A stretch of DNA of 64,000 bases from contig JAFUBQ010000009.1 in the NCBI GenBank assembly GCA_017460085.1, positions 6,237 to 70,236 of the forward strand, in the 5' to 3' direction. Made by a program: the position numbers and the translations under genes. Under the pieces are notes generated by a model. It made no database searches. It saw nothing but the letters and a program-made list of their open reading frames with translations, and was not told where the DNA came from. This document shows, piece after piece, positions 47,175 through 56,449 of the stretch. The DNA comes from Alphaproteobacteria bacterium (lineage in GTDB: Bacteria; Pseudomonadota; Alphaproteobacteria; RF32; CAG-239). The first letter of the stretch is position 1. Each line of letters begins with the position of its first letter.

Positions 47175-48435
47175 TCACCTTTTTGCCGCCTAAATATGGC
47201 TGCAACTTCGCTGGAATTTTTACCGTTCCGTCAGCCTGTTGGTGATTTTCAATAAACGGCACTAAAGCACGCGGTGTGGCAATACCGGTATTATTCAGCG
47301 TATGACAATACTGCACCTTTCCATCATTACCGCGATAGCGCAAATTTGTACGACGTGCCTGCCAGTCTGTAATATTAGAGCAAGAATGGGTTTCCCGATA
47401 GCAATTTTGGCTCGGCACCCAAGCTTCCAAATCATATTGCCGATATTTCGGTGCCCCCATATCGCCGGTGCAAACTTCCAAAACCTGATACGGCAATTCT
47501 AAATCCTGCAAAACTTCTTCCGAAATTTCGAGCAATTTTTGATGCCATTTTTCACTTTCTTTAACATCATTTTTGCAAATAACAAATTGTTCGGTTTTGA
47601 AAAATTGATGAACACGCACCAACCCGCGCGTATCCTTTCCGGCAGCACCGGCTTCACGGCGAAAACACGGCGAAAAACCGGCATACAAAATCGGCAGTTC
47701 ATTCTCAGTTAACATTTCATCGGCTCTGAGCGAATTCAAAATCAACTCCGCCGTGCCTGAAAGATATATATCATCAGCCGGCATATAATAAATTTCATCA
47801 CGGGCAAATGGTAAATAGCCCTGATTATACAGCGGTTTTTCTTTAGAAATAGCCGGCACCGTAATCAGCGTAAAACCATGCGCGCGTAGTTTATCCATCA
47901 CCAACATATGAATAGCCAATTCCAACTGCGCCAAATCATCTTTAATGGCATAAGTGCGCGAACCGGATACTTTAGCGATTCGCTCCATTTCACTCCAGTC
48001 ATTAAGCTCCATCAGTTCAACATGGTCTTTCGGCACAAAATCAAAGTGCGGAATTTCACCAACTTTACGGCGCACCACGTTTGCGCTGTCGTCCGGTCCG
48101 TCCGGACTTTCCGCGCTCGGATAATTCGGCATACGCAAAATCATATCATTAAATTGTGCCTCAACAGCTGCTAATTTTTCCTGTTCGGCTTTAAATTGTT
48201 CCCCAACTTCACGGCTTCGTGCAATAATGGCCGGACGTTCTTCGGCACTTGCGGCTTTTATGGAATTACTGAGCTTGTTTTTTTCTTCCGCTAATGCTTG
48301 AGATGACGTTTTAAGTTTATTCATCTCATAATAAACATTCAGCAATTCATCAATTTTTTCCGGCTCAAAACCTTTACGAGCCAAACTTTTTTTCACCCAA
48401 TCGGTATTATCCGCAATAAATTTAATATCTAACAT
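47155..48435 (-). CDS. serS: Serine--tRNA ligase
   Basis: GTAE, FRREAGAAGKDTRGLVRVHQF, ETHSCSN, HTLNNTGIA. Confidence 0.97.
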   Translation of the reverse strand: MLDIKFIADNTDWVKKSLARKGFEPEKIDELLNVYYEMNKLKTSSQALAEEKNKLSNSIKAASAEERPAIIARSREVGEQFKAEQEKLAAVEAQFNDMILRMPNYPSAESPDGPDDSANVVRRKVGEIPHFDFVPKDHVELMELNDWSEMERIAKVSGSRTYAIKDDLAQLELAIHMLVMDKLRAHGFTLITVPAISKEKPLYNQGYLPFARDEIYYMPADDIYLSGTAELILNSLRADEMLTENELPILYAGFSPCFRREAGAAGKDTRGLVRVHQFFKTEQFVICKNDVKESEKWHQKLLEISEEVLQDLELPYQVLEVCTGDMGAPKYRQYDLEAWVPSQNCYRETHSCSNITDWQARRTNLRYRGNDGKVQYCHTLNNTGIATPRALVPFIENHQQADGTVKIPAKLQPYLGGKKVIGKNAK

Positions 48436-48662
48436 TATTTTTCAGCCTTTAAAAAATTAAACCTAGCGGAATTATACGCTATAGATTCAAAATTACAACA
48501 TTTTTATCATATAAAATAACAATAAGCGCATTTTAAGCCAAGACACCATAACTTCACTTGCATCACATAAATTGAACATTTCAAACGAACATTATTTTAA
48601 AAATCAAACGGCGCCCAAATTGAGCGCCATCTGTATTTAAATATGAAATACTCTAATAAATT

Positions 48663-48935
48663 TTAAGCCCCCGTCCGCGCAGCAGACATTTTCTCGCGCA
48701 CCGCACGATTATTATTATTGGTTTGACTTTCTAAAACTTTACCAAATACTAAATCAAACATCTCCCTCGTTACTTTACCATTGTTGATACCTTCGCCGTT
48801 TGCAATATCTTTGACAGGCTTTTTCGTATAAAAGGTAAGAACTTTCGATTTCGGATTTGAACGCATAACCTTTTCAGCGGCTAACTTAAACCGGTTTCTT
48901 TCTTTTCTTTCTTGTGCTTTTGCAATATCATTCAT
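48663..48935 (-). CDS. Basic hypothetical protein
   Basis: ~90 aa ORF with GGAG SD; no family recognised. Confidence 0.65.
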   Translation of the reverse strand: MNDIAKAQERKERNRFKLAAEKVMRSNPKSKVLTFYTKKPVKDIANGEGINNGKVTREMFDLVFGKVLESQTNNNNRAVREKMSAARTGA

Positions 48936-49101
48936 TTTTATTCTCCTTTTCAACTAACTTTTGTCTAACCTTAACATACATATTTTGTTTTGTCAAGCAC
49001 TTTTTTGCAAAAAATAATAATTTTTGTGAAAAATTCAATATTTTTTATATAACTGCGGCGCAATATGTATAAAATACTCTTAAATTGAAGGAACTAAAAT
49101 A

Positions 49102-50667
49102 ATGTCATTATTCAAATCTGTCGCCACTTTTGGCGGATTAACTTTAGTCAGCCGCATCACCGGTTTTTTGCGCGATATGGTGCTGGCAAATTTTTTGGGT
49201 GCCGGCGCTATGGCCGATGCTTTTGTGGTGGCTTTCAAACTGCCTAATTTGTTCCGCAGTTTGTTTGCCGAAGGTGCGTTTACCAGCGCCTTTGTGCCGT
49301 TATTTTCGCAAAAATTGGTCGCAGACGGCAAAAAAAAATCAATTTTCTTTGCCGCACAAGCTATTGCTGTTTTAACACTCATTGTCGGCTTAATTGTCAT
49401 TTTGTTTGAACTGTTGATGCCCTATGTTGTCACCGTGTTGGCGCCTGGATTCCACAGCGATGCCGGCAAAATAGAGCTGGCCACGCAACTCTGCCGCATC
49501 ACCTTTCCGTTTTTGCTTTTAATATCTATTGTATCTTTTCAAGGCGGCATTTTAAATTCGTTTGAAAAATTTGCCGCACCGGCGGCCGCTCCGATTATTT
49601 TAAACTTAACCATGATTTTTTCGGCCTTTGTTTTAGTGCCGTTTATGCCCTCTGCCGCACACGGCATTGCTTTGGGCATTACCATTGCCGGTGTGTTAGA
49701 AATTCTGTGGCTGGCATATTTTTTGCGGCGTATCGATGTAAAAATCCACCCATATTTGCACATTGCCAAAATTATGCGCAATCCGGAAATTAAGACTTTG
49801 TTTAAGCGCATTGCGCCGGGGGTGGTCGGCGCCGGAATTTATCAAATTAATATGGCGGTTGATACCATTTTGGTCTCACTGGTCGGCACCGGCGCAATTT
49901 CGTGGCTATATTATGCCAATCGCCTGCAACAATTGCCGCTCGGCGTGGTGGGCGCCGCCATCAGTGTTGCGTTGCTGCCAATTTTATCTAAGGCGTTGAA
50001 GGCCGGCAACGTTGAGCAGGCGCATCAAACCCAAGACAAAGCGGTTGAATATGGCTTGCTGCTTTCGTTTCCGGCGGCTGTTCTGTTGATTGTTTTAGCC
50101 GAACCGATTGTGCAGCTTTTGTTCCGCCATGGCAAATTTTTACAAACCGATGCATTGCAAACAGCATACGCCGTCATGGCATATGCCGTCGGTTTGCCTT
50201 GCTATGTGTTGGCTAAAGCCTTAATGCCTAATTTTTTTGCCCGCGGAGATACAGTTACGCCGGTTAAATACAGTGCCGTTGTTTTTGCCACCAATTTTAT
50301 CTTTAATGTACTTTTAATGCAGTGGTTGGGCCATATCGGCATTGCCATTGCCACCACCGTTGCCGCTTTTGTTTCGCTTGGGCAATATATTCATGGCCTC
50401 AAAAAACGCGGCTATTGGCAATTTAGCCCTGCCCTCTTAAAGCAAGCGGCAAAAATTATTTTTATATCGCTTATTATGGGTGTTGCAGTTTGTTTTTTGC
50501 AACATTACATTTCCGTCTTTTCATTGTTTGGCGGTAAAATAGACTTATTTATAAGATTAGGGGTGCTTGGTATATTTGCACTTGCAATTTTGCTGATATC
50601 GGCTAAAATATTCGGAGTGATAAACTTTAATGAAATAAAACAAATGCTAAGGAGAAAACATGGCTGA
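49102..50667 (+). CDS. murJ: Lipid II flippase MurJ
   Basis: SRITGFLRD, FKLPNLFRSLFAEGAF, LYYANRLQQLPLG. Confidence 0.97.
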   Translation: MSLFKSVATFGGLTLVSRITGFLRDMVLANFLGAGAMADAFVVAFKLPNLFRSLFAEGAFTSAFVPLFSQKLVADGKKKSIFFAAQAIAVLTLIVGLIVILFELLMPYVVTVLAPGFHSDAGKIELATQLCRITFPFLLLISIVSFQGGILNSFEKFAAPAAAPIILNLTMIFSAFVLVPFMPSAAHGIALGITIAGVLEILWLAYFLRRIDVKIHPYLHIAKIMRNPEIKTLFKRIAPGVVGAGIYQINMAVDTILVSLVGTGAISWLYYANRLQQLPLGVVGAAISVALLPILSKALKAGNVEQAHQTQDKAVEYGLLLSFPAAVLLIVLAEPIVQLLFRHGKFLQTDALQTAYAVMAYAVGLPCYVLAKALMPNFFARGDTVTPVKYSAVVFATNFIFNVLLMQWLGHIGIAIATTVAAFVSLGQYIHGLKKRGYWQFSPALLKQAAKIIFISLIMGVAVCFLQHYISVFSLFGGKIDLFIRLGVLGIFALAILLISAKIFGVINFNEIKQMLRRKHG

Positions 50668-51697
50668 TTTGAAAAAGTTTATTGGCTTATGTATTGAAGC
50701 TAAAAAAACAGCAGTTGCCAATTTGCAACAAGCCATAATTAAGATTCGCTCCAAAAAACATTTGCCGGATTGGTGTAAAAACGCCGTAAAATATATTTAT
50801 CAAACGTGGCATGTGGTCTTAATTTGCACGGCTTTATTTGTGTTTTTTTACTACTTTTTAGGCAGCCAACTGGCAGAAAATATTGATACGGCAACCGAAT
50901 ATAAATTACCCAAAGAAAAATCAGCACAAATGCAAGCGGCTCAAACAATGGCTTTTTTAATTAAGCGTGAAGTTGATGACAAGATGTGGACCCCGAATCT
51001 GCCGCCGCTGTTTCCGGCTTATGTGCTGGATAATATGCCAAATTTTCAAACCGGAATAACCGCTGCCGCACGAGATATGACTAATGTTTTGCGCCGCATG
51101 GATGGGTTAACTGATGTTCAAAAAGAAGATTTGCAAAAAGCGCATAAAATGCTAAGCTATGCCCCTAATATATGGCTGCTATCGCCTAAAGGCTCATTTG
51201 GCATTGCCCCATCCAGTAACACTCAATATCGCAAAGCGGCAAAATATTTGCAAAAATTTAACATGCGCGCAGATTTTACCCCTCAGCCGCATAATTTGGC
51301 GCAAATTTTGGCTCAGTTAAGTAAAAGAATTAGCCACTTAACCATTAAAGGAGAAGAACATCAACGTGAATATAGCGGAAATTTTATTGATACTAAAGCA
51401 GATGATGTTTTTTATTATAATCGCGGATATGCTTTCGCTCTGTGGCAAATCAGTAAATCTTTGGGAGCAGATTTTAAGGACATTATTGTCGGTTACGGCA
51501 CCTATACGGACTGGACATATTTGCAGTCATCATTACAACAAGCAGCGGAATTTTCTCCGCTGGTTGTGCGTAACGGAAAACCGAACAGTTTATTGGCTCC
51601 CAACCATATTATGGCACAAAACTTTTATTTAATGCGTGCTTTGGCAGCTATTGAACGAATTCGTACAACTTTGGCACGAGGTGCTTATGCCGATTAA
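50660..51697 (+). CDS. DUF2333 family protein
   Basis: LDNMPNFQTG, YRKA, ADDVFYYNRG, PLVVRNG, NHI. Confidence 0.8.
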   Translation: MADLKKFIGLCIEAKKTAVANLQQAIIKIRSKKHLPDWCKNAVKYIYQTWHVVLICTALFVFFYYFLGSQLAENIDTATEYKLPKEKSAQMQAAQTMAFLIKREVDDKMWTPNLPPLFPAYVLDNMPNFQTGITAAARDMTNVLRRMDGLTDVQKEDLQKAHKMLSYAPNIWLLSPKGSFGIAPSSNTQYRKAAKYLQKFNMRADFTPQPHNLAQILAQLSKRISHLTIKGEEHQREYSGNFIDTKADDVFYYNRGYAFALWQISKSLGADFKDIIVGYGTYTDWTYLQSSLQQAAEFSPLVVRNGKPNSLLAPNHIMAQNFYLMRALAAIERIRTTLARGAYAD

Positions 51698-52217
51698 CAT
51701 TGAAAAATTCAGTGCCAAAAACATCTTAATTTTTCGCACCAATATGCCTTTTTTAAGCGGCACACTTTTTTTATCAGCTAATCAAGATGAAAAACCGGAA
51801 AATTTTGTGACCGATATTGTTAATAATTTGCCTATTGAATGGTGCTTAATTGCCGATTGCACATTGGCTGTTAAATATATGCAAGCAGCTGATATTGACA
51901 ATATTACAGCCTATATATTGGCGGAAATTGATGATTTTTTGCAAACTCCGTATAGTTTAGAAAACTGTGCCGTTAAGCAAAATAATTATCAACTGCTTGA
52001 AACTTTGGCAGATGTTTTTATTCGTCCTACTCTTTATCATGATAGCGGTGATATAAAAATTATAGACTACGATGAGAAAAATGCTAATTTAACCTTGCAA
52101 TTTACGGGACATTGCTCCGGTTGCCCATATGCGCAAAACACACTTAATAACGTTATTATCCGCACTTTTAACCGCTATTTGCCGCAGCAAATTAATATCA
52201 AAATGGCCGAGGTATGA
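51687..52217 (+). CDS. NfuA/NifU-like Fe-S scaffold
   Basis: GDIKII...LQFTGHCSGCP C-terminal NifU domain. Confidence 0.8.
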   Translation: MPINIEKFSAKNILIFRTNMPFLSGTLFLSANQDEKPENFVTDIVNNLPIEWCLIADCTLAVKYMQAADIDNITAYILAEIDDFLQTPYSLENCAVKQNNYQLLETLADVFIRPTLYHDSGDIKIIDYDEKNANLTLQFTGHCSGCPYAQNTLNNVIIRTFNRYLPQQINIKMAEV

Positions 52218-53113
52218 AAATGCTTAAAAAATTTTACATGTTTTCACTACTATTAATATTTTACGCTTGCTTATGCAACGCCAAACCGGTAGTTGAAAAA
52301 AAAGACGGCTCCCTTATAGTCAAAAGTGCAACCACCGCTGAAGTTGAAGAAATTTTTGCACAATATAATTATCCTGATTACACAAAAATCGAAACAGAAT
52401 TTCCGCGCATTTTTTTAAGCCGATTGCCGAGTGATTGGGCGCAAATTGCCGACACAGACGATAAACATCGAACTTTTATCCGCATTATGATACCATTGGT
52501 GTTGAAGGTTAATGAAAAAATTTTAGCCGAGCGAAAAATTTTGGAACATTTGCAGCAGTTACGGCGTGAAGATAAAATGCTCAGTGCAAAAGAAATAAAA
52601 CAACTTGAAGAATTTGCGCAAAAATATGATGCCGATACTAAAGAGCGCGGCATATCCCGAATTGACCATTTGCTTTTGCTTTTAGATGCAAAAATTGATG
52701 CCGTTCCGCCGGCTATAATGGTTTCAACAGCCGGCATATATTCTAATTGGGGAAATTCACGCATTGCGTTGCAGGCAAATAATTTATATTTAGCTGAAAT
52801 ATGGTATGAAAACAGCGGTTTAAAACCACTTGATGATGCTGATGCAGCGTATCGCTATAAAATTTATGCCGACTTAGAAGAAGCAATAAGTGACAGAGCA
52901 TTAAAAATCAATTCACACATAAATTATGACTACGTGCGGTTAACGCGGCAGCAAAGTCGGCAAATGGATATGCCGCCATATAGCCCGCAACTTACGGCGC
53001 AAATGCTTAATGACAGTAATTTGCATAATGTTGCCGGTTTAATTGATTATACATATTCTTTTTACGGTCTAGGCCGAACTGATTATAAACCTCGTTTACG
53101 GTCAATAAAATAG
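52214..53113 (+). CDS. Bax/GH73 glucosaminidase-like protein, probably catalytically degenerate
   Basis: FIRIMIP, DAVPPAIM...SNWGNSRIA..ANNLY; AGIYS replaces AxES. Confidence 0.7.
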   Translation: MKMLKKFYMFSLLLIFYACLCNAKPVVEKKDGSLIVKSATTAEVEEIFAQYNYPDYTKIETEFPRIFLSRLPSDWAQIADTDDKHRTFIRIMIPLVLKVNEKILAERKILEHLQQLRREDKMLSAKEIKQLEEFAQKYDADTKERGISRIDHLLLLLDAKIDAVPPAIMVSTAGIYSNWGNSRIALQANNLYLAEIWYENSGLKPLDDADAAYRYKIYADLEEAISDRALKINSHINYDYVRLTRQQSRQMDMPPYSPQLTAQMLNDSNLHNVAGLIDYTYSFYGLGRTDYKPRLRSIK

Positions 53114-53120
53114 GAGAACA

Positions 53121-54755
53121 ATGAAAATGTTTGTAAGTGTTAATAAAAAAATTATTTACAGCTTGTCAATTTTTTTGCTGGTTTTAATTGGCATATTTAC
53201 CGGTCTGTTTACTAACTTCTATTTAGATCAGCTGCAAAGCAACAGACAATCAGTGTATATGCGCAATAAATATGTGGTAAGCCTATTGCAAGAAAATGTA
53301 ACACTGCAAAATGAATTGGCTAATATGGGAAAAACATATCCGGAACTTTCACAACGCATTAATTTAAAAAATATTGACGACACGCAAAAGCAACTTTCAC
53401 ATGAACAAAAATTAAACGAAGAATTGCGCCGTAATTATAATGATAATCGTGAAGCAGTTAAAACCGGAGTAGAAATTATTGCTTTAAGCTTAATTGTGGT
53501 AATTTTCTTCATAATATTGCTCATCATGTTACTTGATTATTGGGTCATACGCCCGATAGAACGTTTAACCAATATCAGTCAGAAGGTTTCTCAAGGTGAT
53601 TATTCATCTCGTGTAGAAATAGGAAATCGTCCTTTTTTGCGCGATGAATTTGATATATTGAATCGAACATTTAACACAATGATAGAAAAAACCGAAACCA
53701 ACATTGCCGAAATTCAGCAACGCGAATATTTTTTACAACAACTGATTGATACCATTCCGGACGGAATTCGTGTAATTAATAAAAACGGCGATGTAATTAT
53801 GGCCAACCAAGCGTTTTATAACCTTCTAAATATAAAAAATAATTGCATCGGGCAAAAATGCCATGCGGCATATGGTTACGGTACAGAAGAATGTCCGAAA
53901 AGCAAATATACCTGCCCTTTAAGTTATTTGGCTAAAAATAAAAACGAACTTTTACGAACTATTCACGAAATCGGTAAAAAGCCTTTTTATATAAATGCAG
54001 CAGCATTGAAAACCGGAGAAGATTATATTGTAGAAGCTATACATGATTTGAGTACCGATGTGAGTTTTTCTCATCAGCAAAAAGTTTCATCACTAGGTTT
54101 TCTTTCTACATCAATTGCACATGAAATGAAAAACAATTTAGGAGCAATTCGTCTGATATTAGAAGGCTTATTGGAAAATGAAATGCAAAACATTTCAGAT
54201 GATGACAACATCAAGAAATATCTTTTAATGGCACAAAAACAACTGGTTGAAGCCATAAAAACACCGGAGCGTTTATTGCGTTTAGCCCAATATTCTGAAC
54301 AAGAAATCAGTGAAATTAATGTTGAATCAGCTGTTAAGGATATGGTCATGATGATTGATTATGATGCCAAACGCCACGGCATTGAGGTAAAATCGACAAT
54401 TGAAAGCAATCTTATAATTAACGGCAATGAGGCTGACTTTAAGATGATAATTTTAAATTTGTTGCAAAATGCCATTAAAGCCATGCCAAACGGCGGTAAA
54501 CTGCAAATTGAAGCATCTAAAGAAAAACGTTCAATAATCCTAAATATTCAAGACACCGGAATTGGCATGAGTAAAGAACAAATAAAGCGTATATTTGAGC
54601 CGTTTTACTCCGGCAACAGCCAAGCTAAAGGCTCAGGATTAGGACTGGCTATTGTGCGCAGTTTGGTTGAAAAATTCAGCGGTAAAATAAGCGTAAAAAG
54701 CAAACTAAACCAAGGAAGCTTGTTCAGCTTAAAATTACCGCTTAAAAAGAAATAG
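53121..54755 (+). CDS. HAMP-PAS sensor histidine kinase
   Basis: SIAHEMKNNL, NLLQNA, DTGIGM, FEPFYS, GSGLGLAI. Confidence 0.92.
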   Translation: MKMFVSVNKKIIYSLSIFLLVLIGIFTGLFTNFYLDQLQSNRQSVYMRNKYVVSLLQENVTLQNELANMGKTYPELSQRINLKNIDDTQKQLSHEQKLNEELRRNYNDNREAVKTGVEIIALSLIVVIFFIILLIMLLDYWVIRPIERLTNISQKVSQGDYSSRVEIGNRPFLRDEFDILNRTFNTMIEKTETNIAEIQQREYFLQQLIDTIPDGIRVINKNGDVIMANQAFYNLLNIKNNCIGQKCHAAYGYGTEECPKSKYTCPLSYLAKNKNELLRTIHEIGKKPFYINAAALKTGEDYIVEAIHDLSTDVSFSHQQKVSSLGFLSTSIAHEMKNNLGAIRLILEGLLENEMQNISDDDNIKKYLLMAQKQLVEAIKTPERLLRLAQYSEQEISEINVESAVKDMVMMIDYDAKRHGIEVKSTIESNLIINGNEADFKMIILNLLQNAIKAMPNGGKLQIEASKEKRSIILNIQDTGIGMSKEQIKRIFEPFYSGNSQAKGSGLGLAIVRSLVEKFSGKISVKSKLNQGSLFSLKLPLKKK

Positions 54756-54763
54756 GCCGCAAC

Positions 54764-55309
54764 TTATTGAAAGTTCCAAACAAGCGTATTTTCCGCAGCA
54801 TCGCAAATTTTACGCATGCTATATTTGGCGATAGGCAATAAATTATTGCCTCCCCAAGTGTATGTAATATTTTGTTTTAAATTTATCAATGTTATCTGCT
54901 GCAAAATAAGTTTTGCCTCTGCATCAATTTCTGCTTCGCTCAAATTGATACAAGCCGATTTATTAAGATGTTTCAGTACAATATTAAAGCTATAATCGCT
55001 CGGCAAACTGCTTTCTCCGTTTAAGCCTTGCCCAATTTGCACCTCATACTCCGCAAACCGTAACAATTCAGGCGCAATCAGTCCGTCTTCTTTTGCCGTA
55101 TTTGTGGAAAGTTGCCAATATCCCGGACGGTCACGATAATAGCTATGAACTTTCGCAGCGCTTTCCATAATTGCTGCTTGTAAATTTTGATGAGGGTTGT
55201 AGGGCAAAATTGTCTTTAAGCCAATGACTGCCAAAAGTATAGCCAATATCAGAATAATTTTTTTACCTGTTACGGTTTTTATTGTTCTGAAAACTTCATT
55301 TATATTCAT
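54764..55309 (-). CDS. PilS-like type IVb pilin-domain protein, atypical N-terminus
   Basis: Single N-terminal TM; SACINL and later Cys pair; follows pilR. Confidence 0.55.
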   Translation of the reverse strand: MNINEVFRTIKTVTGKKIILILAILLAVIGLKTILPYNPHQNLQAAIMESAAKVHSYYRDRPGYWQLSTNTAKEDGLIAPELLRFAEYEVQIGQGLNGESSLPSDYSFNIVLKHLNKSACINLSEAEIDAEAKLILQQITLINLKQNITYTWGGNNLLPIAKYSMRKICDAAENTLVWNFQ

Positions 55310-55311
55310 TT

Positions 55312-56436
55312 TTATCTGGCCCTTCCCATTGAGGTGGTAATTTGGTCTTGCATATCAAATGTTCCGAATACCGTCCAAGCAATAATACTTGATATAAGCA
55401 GCAACGCCACCGCATTCATAATTTCTGATTTTTGCTCAATAATATAAACCGATTCTTCCAACCATTCATTTGCCAGCTTATCTAATGCCTCCTCAAAATT
55501 ATCCAATTCAGAATATATTTTTAAATCGGCAATAATTTGCTTATCCGGAAATTCAAAGTTAGATGCATCAAGTGCTTCACCCAAGTTATCACCGTTTTTA
55601 ATGAACGATAAAGCTCCATCTATACGCTCTTTCAAATATCTGCTTGAATCTCGCCGTAAAGAAGTTAAGGCAACCGATAGCGGAACTCCGCCTTTAACAA
55701 GCGCAGATAAAGCCAAAAGCCAAGTAATACCTGTAAAAATTTTATAAAGCGACCATGGCGGTATGCGGTCAAATTTCACCCGAACTTTGCCGGTCCAAAT
55801 ACCTATGGTGGCATAAATAATAATGCAGGCAACCGGAATAATTGAAAACGCAAACTTCCAATGTTCCTGAATCCATTCCGATAAATCTATCAATGTTTTT
55901 GCCGTGCCAGTCCATACCGTATTCGGAGCAGCACTTAACATTGGCGGAACCATATAAACACCAATGGCATACAAAATTAGCACAGACATCATCATCAAAA
56001 AAATCGGGTAAGCAACAGCATTTATAATCGGCCGAATCATTCTGGTAGAACCTTCAGCGACTTTAATCAAATTCATCAGCGCACTTTCCAAATCAGCTAC
56101 ATCACCAACTGAAAGCATTAAACGCTCACGCGACGGTGCCCAACCTTTTAAGCAGTCTGAAAACGGATGTCCTTCTTGCAACGAACGCCCCCACATACTA
56201 ACGGCAATTGCCATCGAATCATTTGGTTTGCGCCCTTCCTCTGAAATTCCGTTATATATCATATCTAAGGCATTCATTAAAGAAAACCGGTTACGGAGCA
56301 ATGCCGACAGCTTACGATATATTTTTAATCTTTTCTTATTAGAAAGGTTGCAAATAATTTTAGCATATGTCAATAACCATTTGTTATTGGTGCTCATGGC
56401 CTTATTAAAAGCGCTCTTTTTCTTAATTTCCGGCAT
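55312..56436 (-). CDS. pilR: Type IVb pilus platform protein (PilR/GspF)
   Basis: Two T2SSF-like lobes, AVAYPIFL, PPWSLYK; three TMs. Confidence 0.88.
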   Translation of the reverse strand: MPEIKKKSAFNKAMSTNNKWLLTYAKIICNLSNKKRLKIYRKLSALLRNRFSLMNALDMIYNGISEEGRKPNDSMAIAVSMWGRSLQEGHPFSDCLKGWAPSRERLMLSVGDVADLESALMNLIKVAEGSTRMIRPIINAVAYPIFLMMMSVLILYAIGVYMVPPMLSAAPNTVWTGTAKTLIDLSEWIQEHWKFAFSIIPVACIIIYATIGIWTGKVRVKFDRIPPWSLYKIFTGITWLLALSALVKGGVPLSVALTSLRRDSSRYLKERIDGALSFIKNGDNLGEALDASNFEFPDKQIIADLKIYSELDNFEEALDKLANEWLEESVYIIEQKSEIMNAVALLLISSIIAWTVFGTFDMQDQITTSMGRAR

Positions 56437-56449
56437 AACAACTATCCTC

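Noticed and set aside
54764-56436. Shufflon-type pilV variation as in R64
   Set aside because: No pilV, sfx repeats or Rci-like recombinase seen next to the pil cluster
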